DNA of 64,000 bases from Patescibacteria group bacterium (GCA_041671645.1 JBAZBD010000001.1:671234-735233), one strand, 5' to 3'. Shown: positions 10,037-18,442, counted from the first letter of the stretch. Notes: a model not told the origin generated them from the sequence alone. Made by a program: numbers and translations.

Positions 10037-11692
10037 GTGGGGATTGTTTATATTACTGCCGCTTCTCTAGTGTGCATACTAGGTATAATTATTGGGTATG
10101 CAGTATACCGAGCAAATAAAAATAAACTAGACAATAAACTGTTTAGTATTTTTGCGTTTATCACATCTGCATGGATCATTGTCGATTTTAGCCTTTACCT
10201 GACCCAGCTGTCGGCATATCAGACTGCCCTTAACCGCTTTAACCTAGCCGTTATCACTGCGATGGTCTTCTTCCTAGCTTACTTTGTTACTATCTTCCCG
10301 GAAAGAATTTTCCCAATCAAAAAATGGATGGTCTGGCTTTTCGCAAGCATAAATAGCGGGATAATTATTATCACACTATTTTCTAATAAAATTATCCGTT
10401 TTGCCTTCATGGAAAGTTACGGATCTAACTTTGAGTCAGGAAGTTTGTTTAATTTATTCGCTGTTAATGTATCTATTGTCGCACTATATGCAGTTGCCAT
10501 TTTAATAATCAAGTACATAAAATTAGGTAGTGAGCAAAAGAAACAAATTAAGTACATGTTGTATGGGATTGGACTCCTGTCTATTCTGAATCTTATTTTC
10601 AACCTGCTTATTCCAATGCTAACTCACAGCTTTGTGTACGCAAGGTTTGGAACGTATTCTTCCTTGTTTTTTATAATATTCACTGCGTATGCGATATTAA
10701 AGACACAGTTGTTCGACGTTAAAGTAATTATTACAGAAGCAGCTGTTGTAGTAATAAATGTCATCTCTGCGATTGAAGTATTTACTTCGGGCTCCCTTTC
10801 GGAAGGCGCATTGCGGAGCGTGTTACTAATCGTACTTGCCTCTGGTAGCGTCTGGTTAGTCAAATCGGTAAAAAGGGAAATCCAGCAGAGAAAAGAAATT
10901 GAAAAGCTGGCCGAGGAGCTCAAGGAAGCCAATGAACACCTTAAGGAAGTGGACAAGCTGAAGGACGACTTTTTGAGCATGGCAAGTCATGAATTAAATA
11001 CGCCTATCGCCGCCATTCAGGGTTATCTTTCCATGATCTTGGTCGAGGGCCTCGGTGGCAAGATACCAGACAAGGCCAGAGGCTTCCTCAACAGCGTATT
11101 CGAGTCAGCCAAACGACTCGGTAACATGGTCAAGGATCTGCTCAACGTTTCTCGCATTGAGTCTGGCCGTATCCATATTATCTGGGAGCAGAAGCCGATC
11201 GAAGATGTGATTAATCAGGCCGTCACTGAGGTGATGTCCAAGGCACTTGAAGCCAAACATTCTCTCACTTTCGAAAAGCCAAAACACAAGATGCCATCTA
11301 CTTGGTTTGATGTGACTAGGATCACTGAGGTATTGATCAATATTATTGGCAACGCCATCAAATATACCGATCCAGGCGGGAAAATAGTGGCTCGCGTAAT
11401 GAACGATGACCAGAAGATCGTCGTCTCAGTCCAGGACAACGGCCGAGGTATTCCGAAGGACAAACAAACTGGCGTCTTCGAGAAATTTACTCAGGTTGAC
11501 GTGCTAAAAGACCAAGTCAAGGGCACCGGCCTTGGAATGTACATCTCCAAGAAATTTATCGAGCTCCAAAAAGGCAAAATCTGGTTTACCTCCGAGGGCG
11601 AAGGCAAAGGTACAACATTCTTTTTCACAATGCCGATACTGAAAGAGAAGCCTCACGACCCACACGAAGGCGAAGACGCCGTACTGCACTAG
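10037..11692 (+). CDS. membrane sensor histidine kinase with multi-TM N-terminus (HisKA_7TM-like)
   Basis: Several hydrophobic helices, then FLSMASHELNTP (H box), NIIGNAIKYT, DNGRGI, GTGLGM; AGGAGG RBS before GTG. Confidence 0.9.
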   Translation: MGIVYITAASLVCILGIIIGYAVYRANKNKLDNKLFSIFAFITSAWIIVDFSLYLTQLSAYQTALNRFNLAVITAMVFFLAYFVTIFPERIFPIKKWMVWLFASINSGIIIITLFSNKIIRFAFMESYGSNFESGSLFNLFAVNVSIVALYAVAILIIKYIKLGSEQKKQIKYMLYGIGLLSILNLIFNLLIPMLTHSFVYARFGTYSSLFFIIFTAYAILKTQLFDVKVIITEAAVVVINVISAIEVFTSGSLSEGALRSVLLIVLASGSVWLVKSVKREIQQRKEIEKLAEELKEANEHLKEVDKLKDDFLSMASHELNTPIAAIQGYLSMILVEGLGGKIPDKARGFLNSVFESAKRLGNMVKDLLNVSRIESGRIHIIWEQKPIEDVINQAVTEVMSKALEAKHSLTFEKPKHKMPSTWFDVTRITEVLINIIGNAIKYTDPGGKIVARVMNDDQKIVVSVQDNGRGIPKDKQTGVFEKFTQVDVLKDQVKGTGLGMYISKKFIELQKGKIWFTSEGEGKGTTFFFTMPILKEKPHDPHEGEDAVLH

Positions 11693-11804
11693 ATAACGTC
11701 AGAAATGGATGGCCCCGAAGGGGACCCCTTGGGTCAGATTTAACAGATAACTGATAACCCCATGCGGCCTTCCTACTTCGTTCATTCGGTGATAAAATTG
11801 TACT

Positions 11805-12620
11805 ATGACACGCAAGATATTTTCTTTTATCGTTGGATTTTTGGCTTTTATTGTATTGCTTCTTTTCTTCTTGGCATTGAATTTCAAAATTGCCCTCTCT
11901 GACCCGGGCAAGATTTCTAGATATATCAAGAATTCGGGCGCAAGTGAGTTGATTATCAGCTACATCAAAGAGAATTTGGTTGCCACCAACAATGTATCTC
12001 TCTCTGAGGGCACGAATCTGGAGATTGTGAACGAGAGCATCACGACAGAGCTAATTAATCCGCTAATAGACGAAGCGGTTCTCCGCACCAGCTTAGCGCT
12101 AAATGATCCTAGCCCAGAAAATTTGAAATTTGACCTCACGTACGACACTTCAAATCAGACAGTTTTTCCTACAAGCACTGTCTTTACCAAAACCGTGGAT
12201 CTGCGCAACAACCAATACTTTTTAATCCTGGCCAATTTGAATTTATATCTTTATATTCTAGGCGGCGCATCTCTGGCGCTAATACTGATTACCCTATTGA
12301 TATTGAAGGACACGCAGGACAGAATCGCTTTCGCTGGTCGTTTTCTGGTCGTATTGAGCCTTGCAATCGCTCTCGTATATCTGGCCCTAGTCTACCTGGC
12401 CCCGAGTTACGTCCGAAATGCCTTCAGTCTGACTGGGTTTGCCAGCGACGCCAGACTAGCCAACGCGATGAAGAAAATATGGATTTTCTCGGTAGAGAAG
12501 CAATTCGCATTATATTTTGCCGAATTTCTTGTCTTCTTTGTTTCTGGCGGAGTGCTCGGCTATCTGGGTGGGATGTTTCGAAGATTACCATTAGGCGAAA
12601 AAATGGAGATCAAGATATGA
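11805..12620 (+). CDS. hypothetical membrane protein
   Basis: N-terminal TM plus three C-terminal TM segments; -10-like TACTAT just upstream of the ATG. Confidence 0.7.
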   Translation: MTRKIFSFIVGFLAFIVLLLFFLALNFKIALSDPGKISRYIKNSGASELIISYIKENLVATNNVSLSEGTNLEIVNESITTELINPLIDEAVLRTSLALNDPSPENLKFDLTYDTSNQTVFPTSTVFTKTVDLRNNQYFLILANLNLYLYILGGASLALILITLLILKDTQDRIAFAGRFLVVLSLAIALVYLALVYLAPSYVRNAFSLTGFASDARLANAMKKIWIFSVEKQFALYFAEFLVFFVSGGVLGYLGGMFRRLPLGEKMEIKI

Positions 12621-13453
12621 AAGATTATTCATACGGTGTCATACCAATTTTCCACAAGATAATAGGCCAAGAGCCTCATTTTTTGTTGGTAGAACAGGGT
12701 GGCAAGTTTTGGAGTTTCCCCAAGGGCCACAAGGAGGATGAAGAATCTGATGTTGAGGCGGCCAAGCGGGAACTTTTCGAAGAAGCTGGGATTGCTGGCG
12801 GTGAATTGATTGAAGACAAAACTTTCAGTGAGCATTATACATATTCACAAGATGGCACCGATCTTGATAAAACTGTCACTTTCTATCCATATTTCTCGAA
12901 TCAATTCTTCCCGATAATCGACAACAAAGAGATCACCAATTTCAAATGGGTGACGTATGAAGAGGCCAAGAAAACTTTAAAATTCAAGGAAACTCTAGAT
13001 ATTTTGACGGAGGCTTATAATTGGCTTCAGGGTGAAGGAAAAGATGCTTATTTAGGGACAGAATCGACGCCCAGAAGAGTTCACGCTGATTCGCTCAAGG
13101 CCGCGATCAAAAGAGATGGTAAATATTTGCTCATAATGGACCATCATGGCAATTGGGAATTACCTGGTGGCAAGATCGAGGCCGGAGAGACGGTGGAAGA
13201 GGGATTAAGGCGAGAGTTTCGAGAAGAGACCGGTAGCACAGACCTAAAAACTGGTGAAGAAATAGGGACTTTTGATCTGACAGTCGATTACGGCCTGGCA
13301 GTATATGATTTTAGCATTCACATTTACCTTTGCTCTAGCGATATTGAGAACATCAAACTCAGCCACGAGCATCAAGACTCAGGCTGGTTTGATATAGATG
13401 AAATCAAAAATCTTCCGATGAAAGAGGGCTACAGAGAAATACTTACTCGCTAA
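12617..13453 (+). CDS. tandem Nudix hydrolase (Ap4A-hydrolase-like domain + MutT-like domain)
   Basis: Two Nudix boxes, WSFPKGH...[11 protein letters not shown] and [12 protein letters not shown]...RREFREETG; start at ATG 12617 (ATGA overlap). Confidence 0.85.
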   Translation: MKDYSYGVIPIFHKIIGQEPHFLLVEQGGKFWSFPKGHKEDEESDVEAAKRELFEEAGIAGGELIEDKTFSEHYTYSQDGTDLDKTVTFYPYFSNQFFPIIDNKEITNFKWVTYEEAKKTLKFKETLDILTEAYNWLQGEGKDAYLGTESTPRRVHADSLKAAIKRDGKYLLIMDHHGNWELPGGKIEAGETVEEGLRREFREETGSTDLKTGEEIGTFDLTVDYGLAVYDFSIHIYLCSSDIENIKLSHEHQDSGWFDIDEIKNLPMKEGYREILTR

Positions 13454-14060
13454 AGGTCATACGTTTGTAGACCGCTCTGGTCGCTTCAACATCTCTCTTG
13501 CAATACTTATAGATCTCTTCTGATTTGCCATCGAGGAAATATTTGTAAACCTTGGAGCCATCGATCCCCGCTTCTTTGGGCGAAGCGATACCGAGACAGA
13601 TGGTCAATTTGTGTAAGCTGACGCCCATAGCGCCCCATTTTTCCCACTCCTTCATCGTGTCAAATATCGGCTCGGAGCGATAACGAGCGAAGTTGAGCTG
13701 GCGACTTGGGCGAATCCGGTGGATGACAGAGCGCTTGTAGATGAAACGAAGGTCGAACTCCATAATGTTATGGCCGACAAAGGTGTCGACGTCCTTGGCA
13801 ATGGCCCAGAATTTGGTCAAGATATCTTTTTCATCGCCAGATAAGCACTGGATCTCGCCGTCGTCTATCCCATAACAAATGCAGAGAATTCGGCCAAATT
13901 CACCCTGGAATGAGGTATTCTCGAAGAATTGCTGGAATTCGTTCTCCCCTTTTTTGGTCGGAGCTGAGGATTTCCGTCGCGCGTCTTCCCAAAACATTTT
14001 GATGGTTTCAATTTTGTCGCCATCGGCCGGCAGTGTCTCAATATCCAAAAACATTTTCAT
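13443..14060 (-). CDS. DEDD-type 3'-5' exonuclease (PolB-exo/RNase H-like)
   Basis: [28 protein letters not shown]. Confidence 0.85.
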   Translation of the reverse strand: MKMFLDIETLPADGDKIETIKMFWEDARRKSSAPTKKGENEFQQFFENTSFQGEFGRILCICYGIDDGEIQCLSGDEKDILTKFWAIAKDVDTFVGHNIMEFDLRFIYKRSVIHRIRPSRQLNFARYRSEPIFDTMKEWEKWGAMGVSLHKLTICLGIASPKEAGIDGSKVYKYFLDGKSEEIYKYCKRDVEATRAVYKRMTFSE

Positions 14061-14206
14061 GAAAGTCTCCAAATCTTTACAAATTTACTAATTGAATACA
14101 AATATTACAAAAGTTAAATAATTTTGTTGCTTAGGATTATGTAATAACAAATTTCTAATTTGTATATTTGCAGAAGATTTGTAATTTTGTAATCTTTCGG
14201 TAACTA

Positions 14207-14764
14207 TTAATAATTCTCAACAAATAATTCGTAATACGACTGTGGATGATCGCAAGCTGGGCAAATGTCTGGCGCCTTGGGACCTTTGTGGATATAGCCA
14301 CAATTTCGGCATTTCCAATAGACTTCGCCATCTTTTTCGAAAACAATATCGCCGTCAACGTTGGCCTTCAATTTGAGATATCTCTTCTCATGCTGCTCTT
14401 CGACCTCTCCAAGTTCGGTAAACACTTTAGCCTCGTCCTCGAAACCTTCTTCTTTCGCCGTCTTGGCAAAGTCCGGATACATTTTGGATGTCTCGTAATG
14501 CTCACCTGCGGCGGCGGCGGCTAGATTTTCGCTAGTAGACTTGACCATAGGGAAATCGTAATTTTCAAGTGTTGAACTCTCCCCGCCCTTAAGTAGTTTC
14601 ATCAATCTTTTGGCGTGCTCTTTCTCATTGTCAGCAGTCTCCAAGAAGATAGCTGAGATCTGTTCAAAGCCCTCTTTCTTGGCCTGCGAGGCGAAATAAG
14701 TGTACTTGTTGCGGGCCATGCTCTCTCCGGCGATCGCGCGGAGAATGTTTTTTGGTGTTTCCAT
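14207..14764 (-). CDS. rbr: rubrerythrin
   Basis: AGESMARNKYTYFA, EKEHAK, GEHYE, EEQHE, and a C-terminal WKCRNCG...CPACDHP rubredoxin domain. Confidence 0.95.
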   Translation of the reverse strand: METPKNILRAIAGESMARNKYTYFASQAKKEGFEQISAIFLETADNEKEHAKRLMKLLKGGESSTLENYDFPMVKSTSENLAAAAAGEHYETSKMYPDFAKTAKEEGFEDEAKVFTELGEVEEQHEKRYLKLKANVDGDIVFEKDGEVYWKCRNCGYIHKGPKAPDICPACDHPQSYYELFVENY

Positions 14765-14779
14765 TTTGATCCTTCTTTA

Positions 14780-15142
14780 TTATTTTTTTTCGTCGATAAC
14801 TTCAGTCACGTCTTCTTCCAAAGTTTTTTCCCTCGAAAGCAACTCGGTTATGCGGCTCTCGATATGACCTATTCTACTCTCAAAATAGCCTTTTGCCAGT
14901 ACACCGAAGCAGAAGATTACCAAGGGGATGCTTATGAGTGAAAATACAGCCGTCATTATTTTGGAAAAGTCATGAGTCGGCACGAGATCGCCAAAGCCAA
15001 CCGTGGTGATCGTCATTACCGTAAAATAAAAGGCATCGACATTGCTCCAACCTTCGGTGTGGTGGTAAAACCAAGTGCCGGATAGAAACAAAATAGCTAG
15101 CACGATCACAACGCTAAAAATTCCAACACTCTTTTTCTTCAT
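14780..15142 (-). CDS. two-TM potassium channel (Ion_trans_2)
   Basis: DAFYFTVMTITTVGFGD selectivity filter; AGGAG RBS before ATG 15142. Confidence 0.9.
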   Translation of the reverse strand: MKKKSVGIFSVVIVLAILFLSGTWFYHHTEGWSNVDAFYFTVMTITTVGFGDLVPTHDFSKIMTAVFSLISIPLVIFCFGVLAKGYFESRIGHIESRITELLSREKTLEEDVTEVIDEKK

Positions 15143-15204
15143 AATTCTCCTTATGTTTACTCTCCAATTATAGCAGATAAATATCAAAATACAGCACCTA
15201 ATAA

Positions 15205-15233
15205 TTGACAGCTTCTCCTGATTGCTGTATAGT
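15205..15233 (+). promoter_or_regulatory. sigma70-type promoter for a putative sRNA
   Basis: TTGACA-N17-TATAGT. Confidence 0.75.
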
Positions 15234-15239
15234 ATTAAG

Positions 15240-15400
15240 GTTTTGGTGCCCAAATTCTACCTGCAAGGAGGTCTGACATGACCTTGATCATGTGAGGGGC
15301 TCCCCCAGTGCGGTCACTGACGACTACTGGGCACACCGGTTGGGGGACCCCGATATTATCCAACTCTACCACGCCCCGGCTTTTGCCGGGGTTAATTCTT
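15240..15400 (+). ncRNA. unidentified structured small RNA (putative)
   Basis: Lies between a consensus promoter and the terminator GCCCCGGC-TTTT-GCCGGGGT. It is GC-rich, has several stems and has no credible ORF. Confidence 0.5.
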
Positions 15401-15411
15401 TGTCCGAAACA

Positions 15412-15440
15412 TGGACAAATCATCATTTTTTTGTTATAAT
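15412..15440 (+). promoter_or_regulatory. rnpB promoter
   Basis: TGGACA-N17-TATAAT, 6 nt before P1. Confidence 0.75.
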
Positions 15441-15469
15441 TATCAAGCTCAAAGCCAATCAGATAGCAG

Positions 15470-15760
15470 CCCCTCACCCTTGATGCTATAATCGAGATAT
15501 GCATTATCTCTATTTATTGCAAAGTGAGACAGACAAGTCTTTATACATTGGCCAGACATCGGATTTAAAAGTTCGATTATGCGATCATAACTCGGGTAAA
15601 AATCAATCAACAAGATTGAAGAAACCTTGGAAATTGATTTATTACGAAGCATATCTCGATCCAAGCCTGGCAATCAAACGTGAACGGCAATTGAAAAGAT
15701 TCGCCAAATCGTATGCAATGTTGAAGAAAAGAATAGGCTTGTAGCATCAAGGGTGAGGGG
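15470..15760 (+). mobile_element. inverted-repeat-bounded GIY-YIG cassette in the RNase P RNA P3 helix
   Basis: Perfect 19-bp IR CCCCTCACCCTTGATGCTA (15470-15488) / TAGCATCAAGGGTGAGGGG (15742-15760) enclosing the ORF. Confidence 0.8.
15499..15744 (+). CDS. small GIY-YIG nuclease, embedded in rnpB
   Basis: YLYLL...LYIGQT.DL..RL..HN.G...ST...PWKLIYYE...A.KRE..LK. Extended -10 TGCTATAAT at 15484-15492 suggests a leaderless mRNA. Confidence 0.9.
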   Translation: MHYLYLLQSETDKSLYIGQTSDLKVRLCDHNSGKNQSTRLKKPWKLIYYEAYLDPSLAIKRERQLKRFAKSYAMLKKRIGL

Positions 15761-16229
15761 AGGAAAGTCCAGGCACCATAGAGCAGGACGCTCGTTATAA
15801 ATGAGCAGGCAGTAATGTCTGAGAACAGCGCAACAGAAAATAAACCGCCCCTCACCCTTTGTGGACAAAAAATCCGAGATTCGGATTTTGACGCAAGTCA
15901 GTCCATGAAGGGTGAGGGGTAAGGGTGAAATCGTGCTCCGATGTTAAATTCGGAGTCTCGCAATCGTTGGATTGTTGAGAGGGTAAGAGCCCACGCGTTC
16001 GTATGGCGACATACGTCTGTGGCAAGCCTCGTTTGGTGCAAGTGGGGTGGACCGTTTGAATTAATGTCTGCTCGACAGATTCAAAAGGCCCTCACGCTTA
16101 GATAGATTGCTGTCCAAAACAGAACCTGGCTTATGCTTGACTTTGAGCAAAACAAGACTATAATTCTTATATATCACCCTGATTGAAGTAATTTGTGGCC
16201 CATAACGTTCCGAGTAATTGGAACGGGGT

Positions 16230-16262
16230 AACACCTCAACTTCCGTTGGGGTGTTTTATTTT
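16230..16262 (+). terminator. intrinsic terminator downstream of rnpB
   Basis: AACACCTCAAC-TTCC-GTTGGGGTGTT followed by a T tract. Confidence 0.7.
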
Positions 16263-16326
16263 CATTGACAAATTTATCAATTTATTATATAGTTTCGTAA
16301 ATCTACAAAAAGGTTGGTACAGACTT

Positions 16327-16896
16327 ATGGTTAAAAATTTAACTCCTCAAGATCAGCTTGTGGAGATCGCGCGCTCTATCCTTCTCTTGGACCCGGTTCG
16401 TGCCACGGTTTATGATTGGATTGGTCTCGAAGATCGATTTGAGCAGTTGGTTCAAGAGATAGTTGAGAAAAATGTGATCTTGAAGTTTGAGACTATCGAA
16501 GAATGCCAGAAATTTTGCGAGCTAATCACACTGGCAAGTTGTAAGGTTTATGTTCTGGTGTGGTATCCATTGATCACAGAATTTATGATCAATGTCGGCA
16601 TAGATTATCTCCTTGCCCAAGACAGTAGCCAGGCAATTGTGTTGACATGCGCCACTGCATTATCAGTCTGGCCTGAATGTGCTGATTGGAGTATCGAGAC
16701 TCTTGAGGGAATAGTGCTGGTTAATTCGGCACGGCTCAATGAGAAGCCTCCGATTTCACCCCTTGATTTTGTCACTGATACTCGGCGGCTTTATCAGCAG
16801 AACAAATGCGATGATTTTCCACTCAATTTTGAACAATTTCTGGCCTCTTTGCCGAAATGCAAACAAAAGCTAATCAAGAAACCGGTTTTCAATTAA
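16327..16896 (+). CDS. hypothetical protein
   Basis: Long ORF with a TTGACA...TATAGT promoter upstream and a terminator-like hairpin downstream. Confidence 0.6.
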   Translation: MVKNLTPQDQLVEIARSILLLDPVRATVYDWIGLEDRFEQLVQEIVEKNVILKFETIEECQKFCELITLASCKVYVLVWYPLITEFMINVGIDYLLAQDSSQAIVLTCATALSVWPECADWSIETLEGIVLVNSARLNEKPPISPLDFVTDTRRLYQQNKCDDFPLNFEQFLASLPKCKQKLIKKPVFN

Positions 16897-16997
16897 ATCA
16901 ATTTATCCCCCACTGCTCTCACGCAGTGGTTTTTATTTTCACGAATTAATCTTATTGAAATAACGCTCATTTTAGGTTAAAATTAAGCGAAATGTGA

Positions 16998-17049
16998 TCG
17001 GGGATCGCTGTGTCATACGACACAGCCCTGTCGAATGACAGGGTCTAAT
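16998..17049 (+). repeat. duplicated tRNA-Gln 5' fragment split by a 36-nt double hairpin
   Basis: TCGGGGATCG + CTGTGTC-ATAC-GACACAG + CCCTGTC-GAAT-GACAGGG + TCTAAT; the intact tRNA begins TCGGGGATCGTCTAAT. Confidence 0.75.
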
Positions 17050-17058
17050 TCATTTTTC

Positions 17059-17325
17059 ATGTATTATCTTTATATATTACATTTGAGAAAAGTTAATAAG
17101 CTTTATACTGGTTCAACCCAAGATCTGAAGAATAGGCTTTCTGAGCATCTTGCGAATAAAGTGTTATCGACAAAGAATCGTGATCCCGAAATCATACACT
17201 TTGAGACATACAAACTCAAAAGTGATGCGTTGAGGAGAGAAAAATTCCTTAAAACCACCGAGGGCAAAAGATTGCTTCGACAACAATTAAGAGATATTTT
17301 GATTTCGATAGATTATATTGATTGA
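17059..17325 (+). CDS. small GIY-YIG nuclease upstream of tRNA-Gln
   Basis: MYYLYIL...LYTGST.DL..RL.EH...ST..R...FE.Y....DA.RREKFLK. Confidence 0.9.
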   Translation: MYYLYILHLRKVNKLYTGSTQDLKNRLSEHLANKVLSTKNRDPEIIHFETYKLKSDALRREKFLKTTEGKRLLRQQLRDILISIDYID

Positions 17326-17330
17326 TATAT

Positions 17331-17404
17331 TCGGGGATCGTCTAATGGCAGGACAGCGGCCTTTGAAGCCGTGAATCATGGTTCGAATCCATGTCCCCGA
17401 GCCA
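17331..17404 (+). tRNA. tRNA-Gln(TTG)
   Basis: Cloverleaf; anticodon arm GCGGC-CTTTGAA-GCCGT, T loop GGTTCGAATCC, encoded CCA. Confidence 0.95.
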
Positions 17405-17560
17405 AAATAAAAGCGCCAAGAAATTGGTGTTTTTATTTTGGACATGGATTAGAACGGGAAGGGGTCGGGAAACGGAAGTTTCCCGTGTAGGAAAAAACTA
17501 AAAACCGTGGGTTTTTAGAAGCGAAGGATGAGCGCTCGAGATCCCATGTCCCCGAGCCAA
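17389..17560 (+). repeat. tRNA 3'-associated structured element bounded by a 17-bp direct repeat of the tRNA 3' end
   Basis: CCATGTCCCCGAGCCAA at 17389-17405 and 17544-17560; antisense T-arm copy GGACATGGATTAGAAC at 17440-17455; internal hairpins. Confidence 0.75.
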
Positions 17561-17696
17561 GAAAAACGCTCAACTATAAAGTTGGGCTTTTTTCTTGGTT
17601 AAAAGCAACAAGATTGACAAATATTGACTTCCAGCCTAATATGAGCTCAAACCAAGCACGGCGTTGTTTGGAATTCGTACAAAGGGGGTCATCAAT

Positions 17697-18164
17697 ATGA
17701 ACCCTAACAAATTGCTGGAATTAATCCAGACCACAGGCCGCGTCATGGCCGGACATCCTGATCATCTCGGCGATCTGAAAAGTTTTGCTGAGCAACTTTT
17801 CAAGGAGCATACTGAGGCAGAAAACCAGCCGATTTTACTCGCTGGATGGGAAAGAAAGGCTGACGGCTTTGAAGGTGATGATATTTCCGGCGACCGCGAA
17901 ACATTGGGCTTGGGTCTGCTGAGAGCGAAGATGGACGTCTGTTTCGATACTGAAAACCACGTCTACGCAACTTTTCCAAATCAGACTTCTGACACCGTTT
18001 CGACCGTAATCGAAGTCTGGGAATGGGTCTCGGACGGGGGCAAGAAGGCTGTATTCCTGGTCTTTGAAATCAACGAATACAACGGTGTCGTCGGTCTGGA
18101 CAACCGTCCAGGATCTGATACAACATGGCGGGTCGCTGCTATCCGCGTCATCAACCTTATATGA
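17697..18164 (+). CDS. hypothetical protein
   Basis: ORF with AAGGGGG RBS. Confidence 0.6.
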   Translation: MNPNKLLELIQTTGRVMAGHPDHLGDLKSFAEQLFKEHTEAENQPILLAGWERKADGFEGDDISGDRETLGLGLLRAKMDVCFDTENHVYATFPNQTSDTVSTVIEVWEWVSDGGKKAVFLVFEINEYNGVVGLDNRPGSDTTWRVAAIRVINLI

Positions 18165-18174
18165 GGAGAACGCC

Positions 18175-18351
18175 ATGTTGAAGAAAACAGTACGCGTCAT
18201 CTTGGCGCTCCTGATCGGCTGGCTGTACCTAAATTACTTTTCAGAGTCATTCGACCAGATTTCGGCGAATTTCGCCGACAACCCACCCAAAATTTCCGAA
18301 GGATTCTTCGATCCTTCATCGATGGAGAACAACAATTTATTCCCGCCTTAA
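18175..18351 (+). CDS. small single-TM hypothetical protein
   Basis: GAGGAG RBS; MLKKTVRVILALLIGWLYL. Confidence 0.55.
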   Translation: MLKKTVRVILALLIGWLYLNYFSESFDQISANFADNPPKISEGFFDPSSMENNNLFPP

Positions 18352-18396
18352 CCAGAGCAAGCCTGCTCTGGTATTTTATTGCCGGCCAAATGTGCC
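18347..18396. repeat. 50-bp direct repeat, copy 1 (terminator + ybhB 3' end)
   Basis: Matches 19730-19779 with 2 mismatches. Confidence 0.9.
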
Positions 18397-18442
18397 AGAG
18401 TTAAATAAAAGTGGGCGGCTCGCGATGAGCCGCCCTGATAAA

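Larger units (their letters stand above)
15447..16148 (+). ncRNA. rnpB: RNase P RNA with large insertions in P3, P12 and P13
   Basis: P1 GCTCAAAG/CTTTGAGC; P2 GATAGCA/TGCTGTC; P4 GAGGAAAGTCCAGG/AACAGAACCTGGCTTA; P5 GCACCA/TGGTGC; GCAACAGAAAATAAACCGCC; GGTAAGGGTGAAA; GGTAAGAGC. Confidence 0.95.

Noticed and set aside
15240-15400. SRP RNA, tmRNA, 6S RNA or HDV-like ribozyme
   Set aside because: There is no SRP helix-8 motif, no T-arm or tag ORF, no long 6S-like rod, and no convincing HDV P3/L3 by eye.
15489-15741. Group I or group II intron in rnpB
   Set aside because: The insert is almost entirely ORF, leaving no room or motifs for a ribozyme core.
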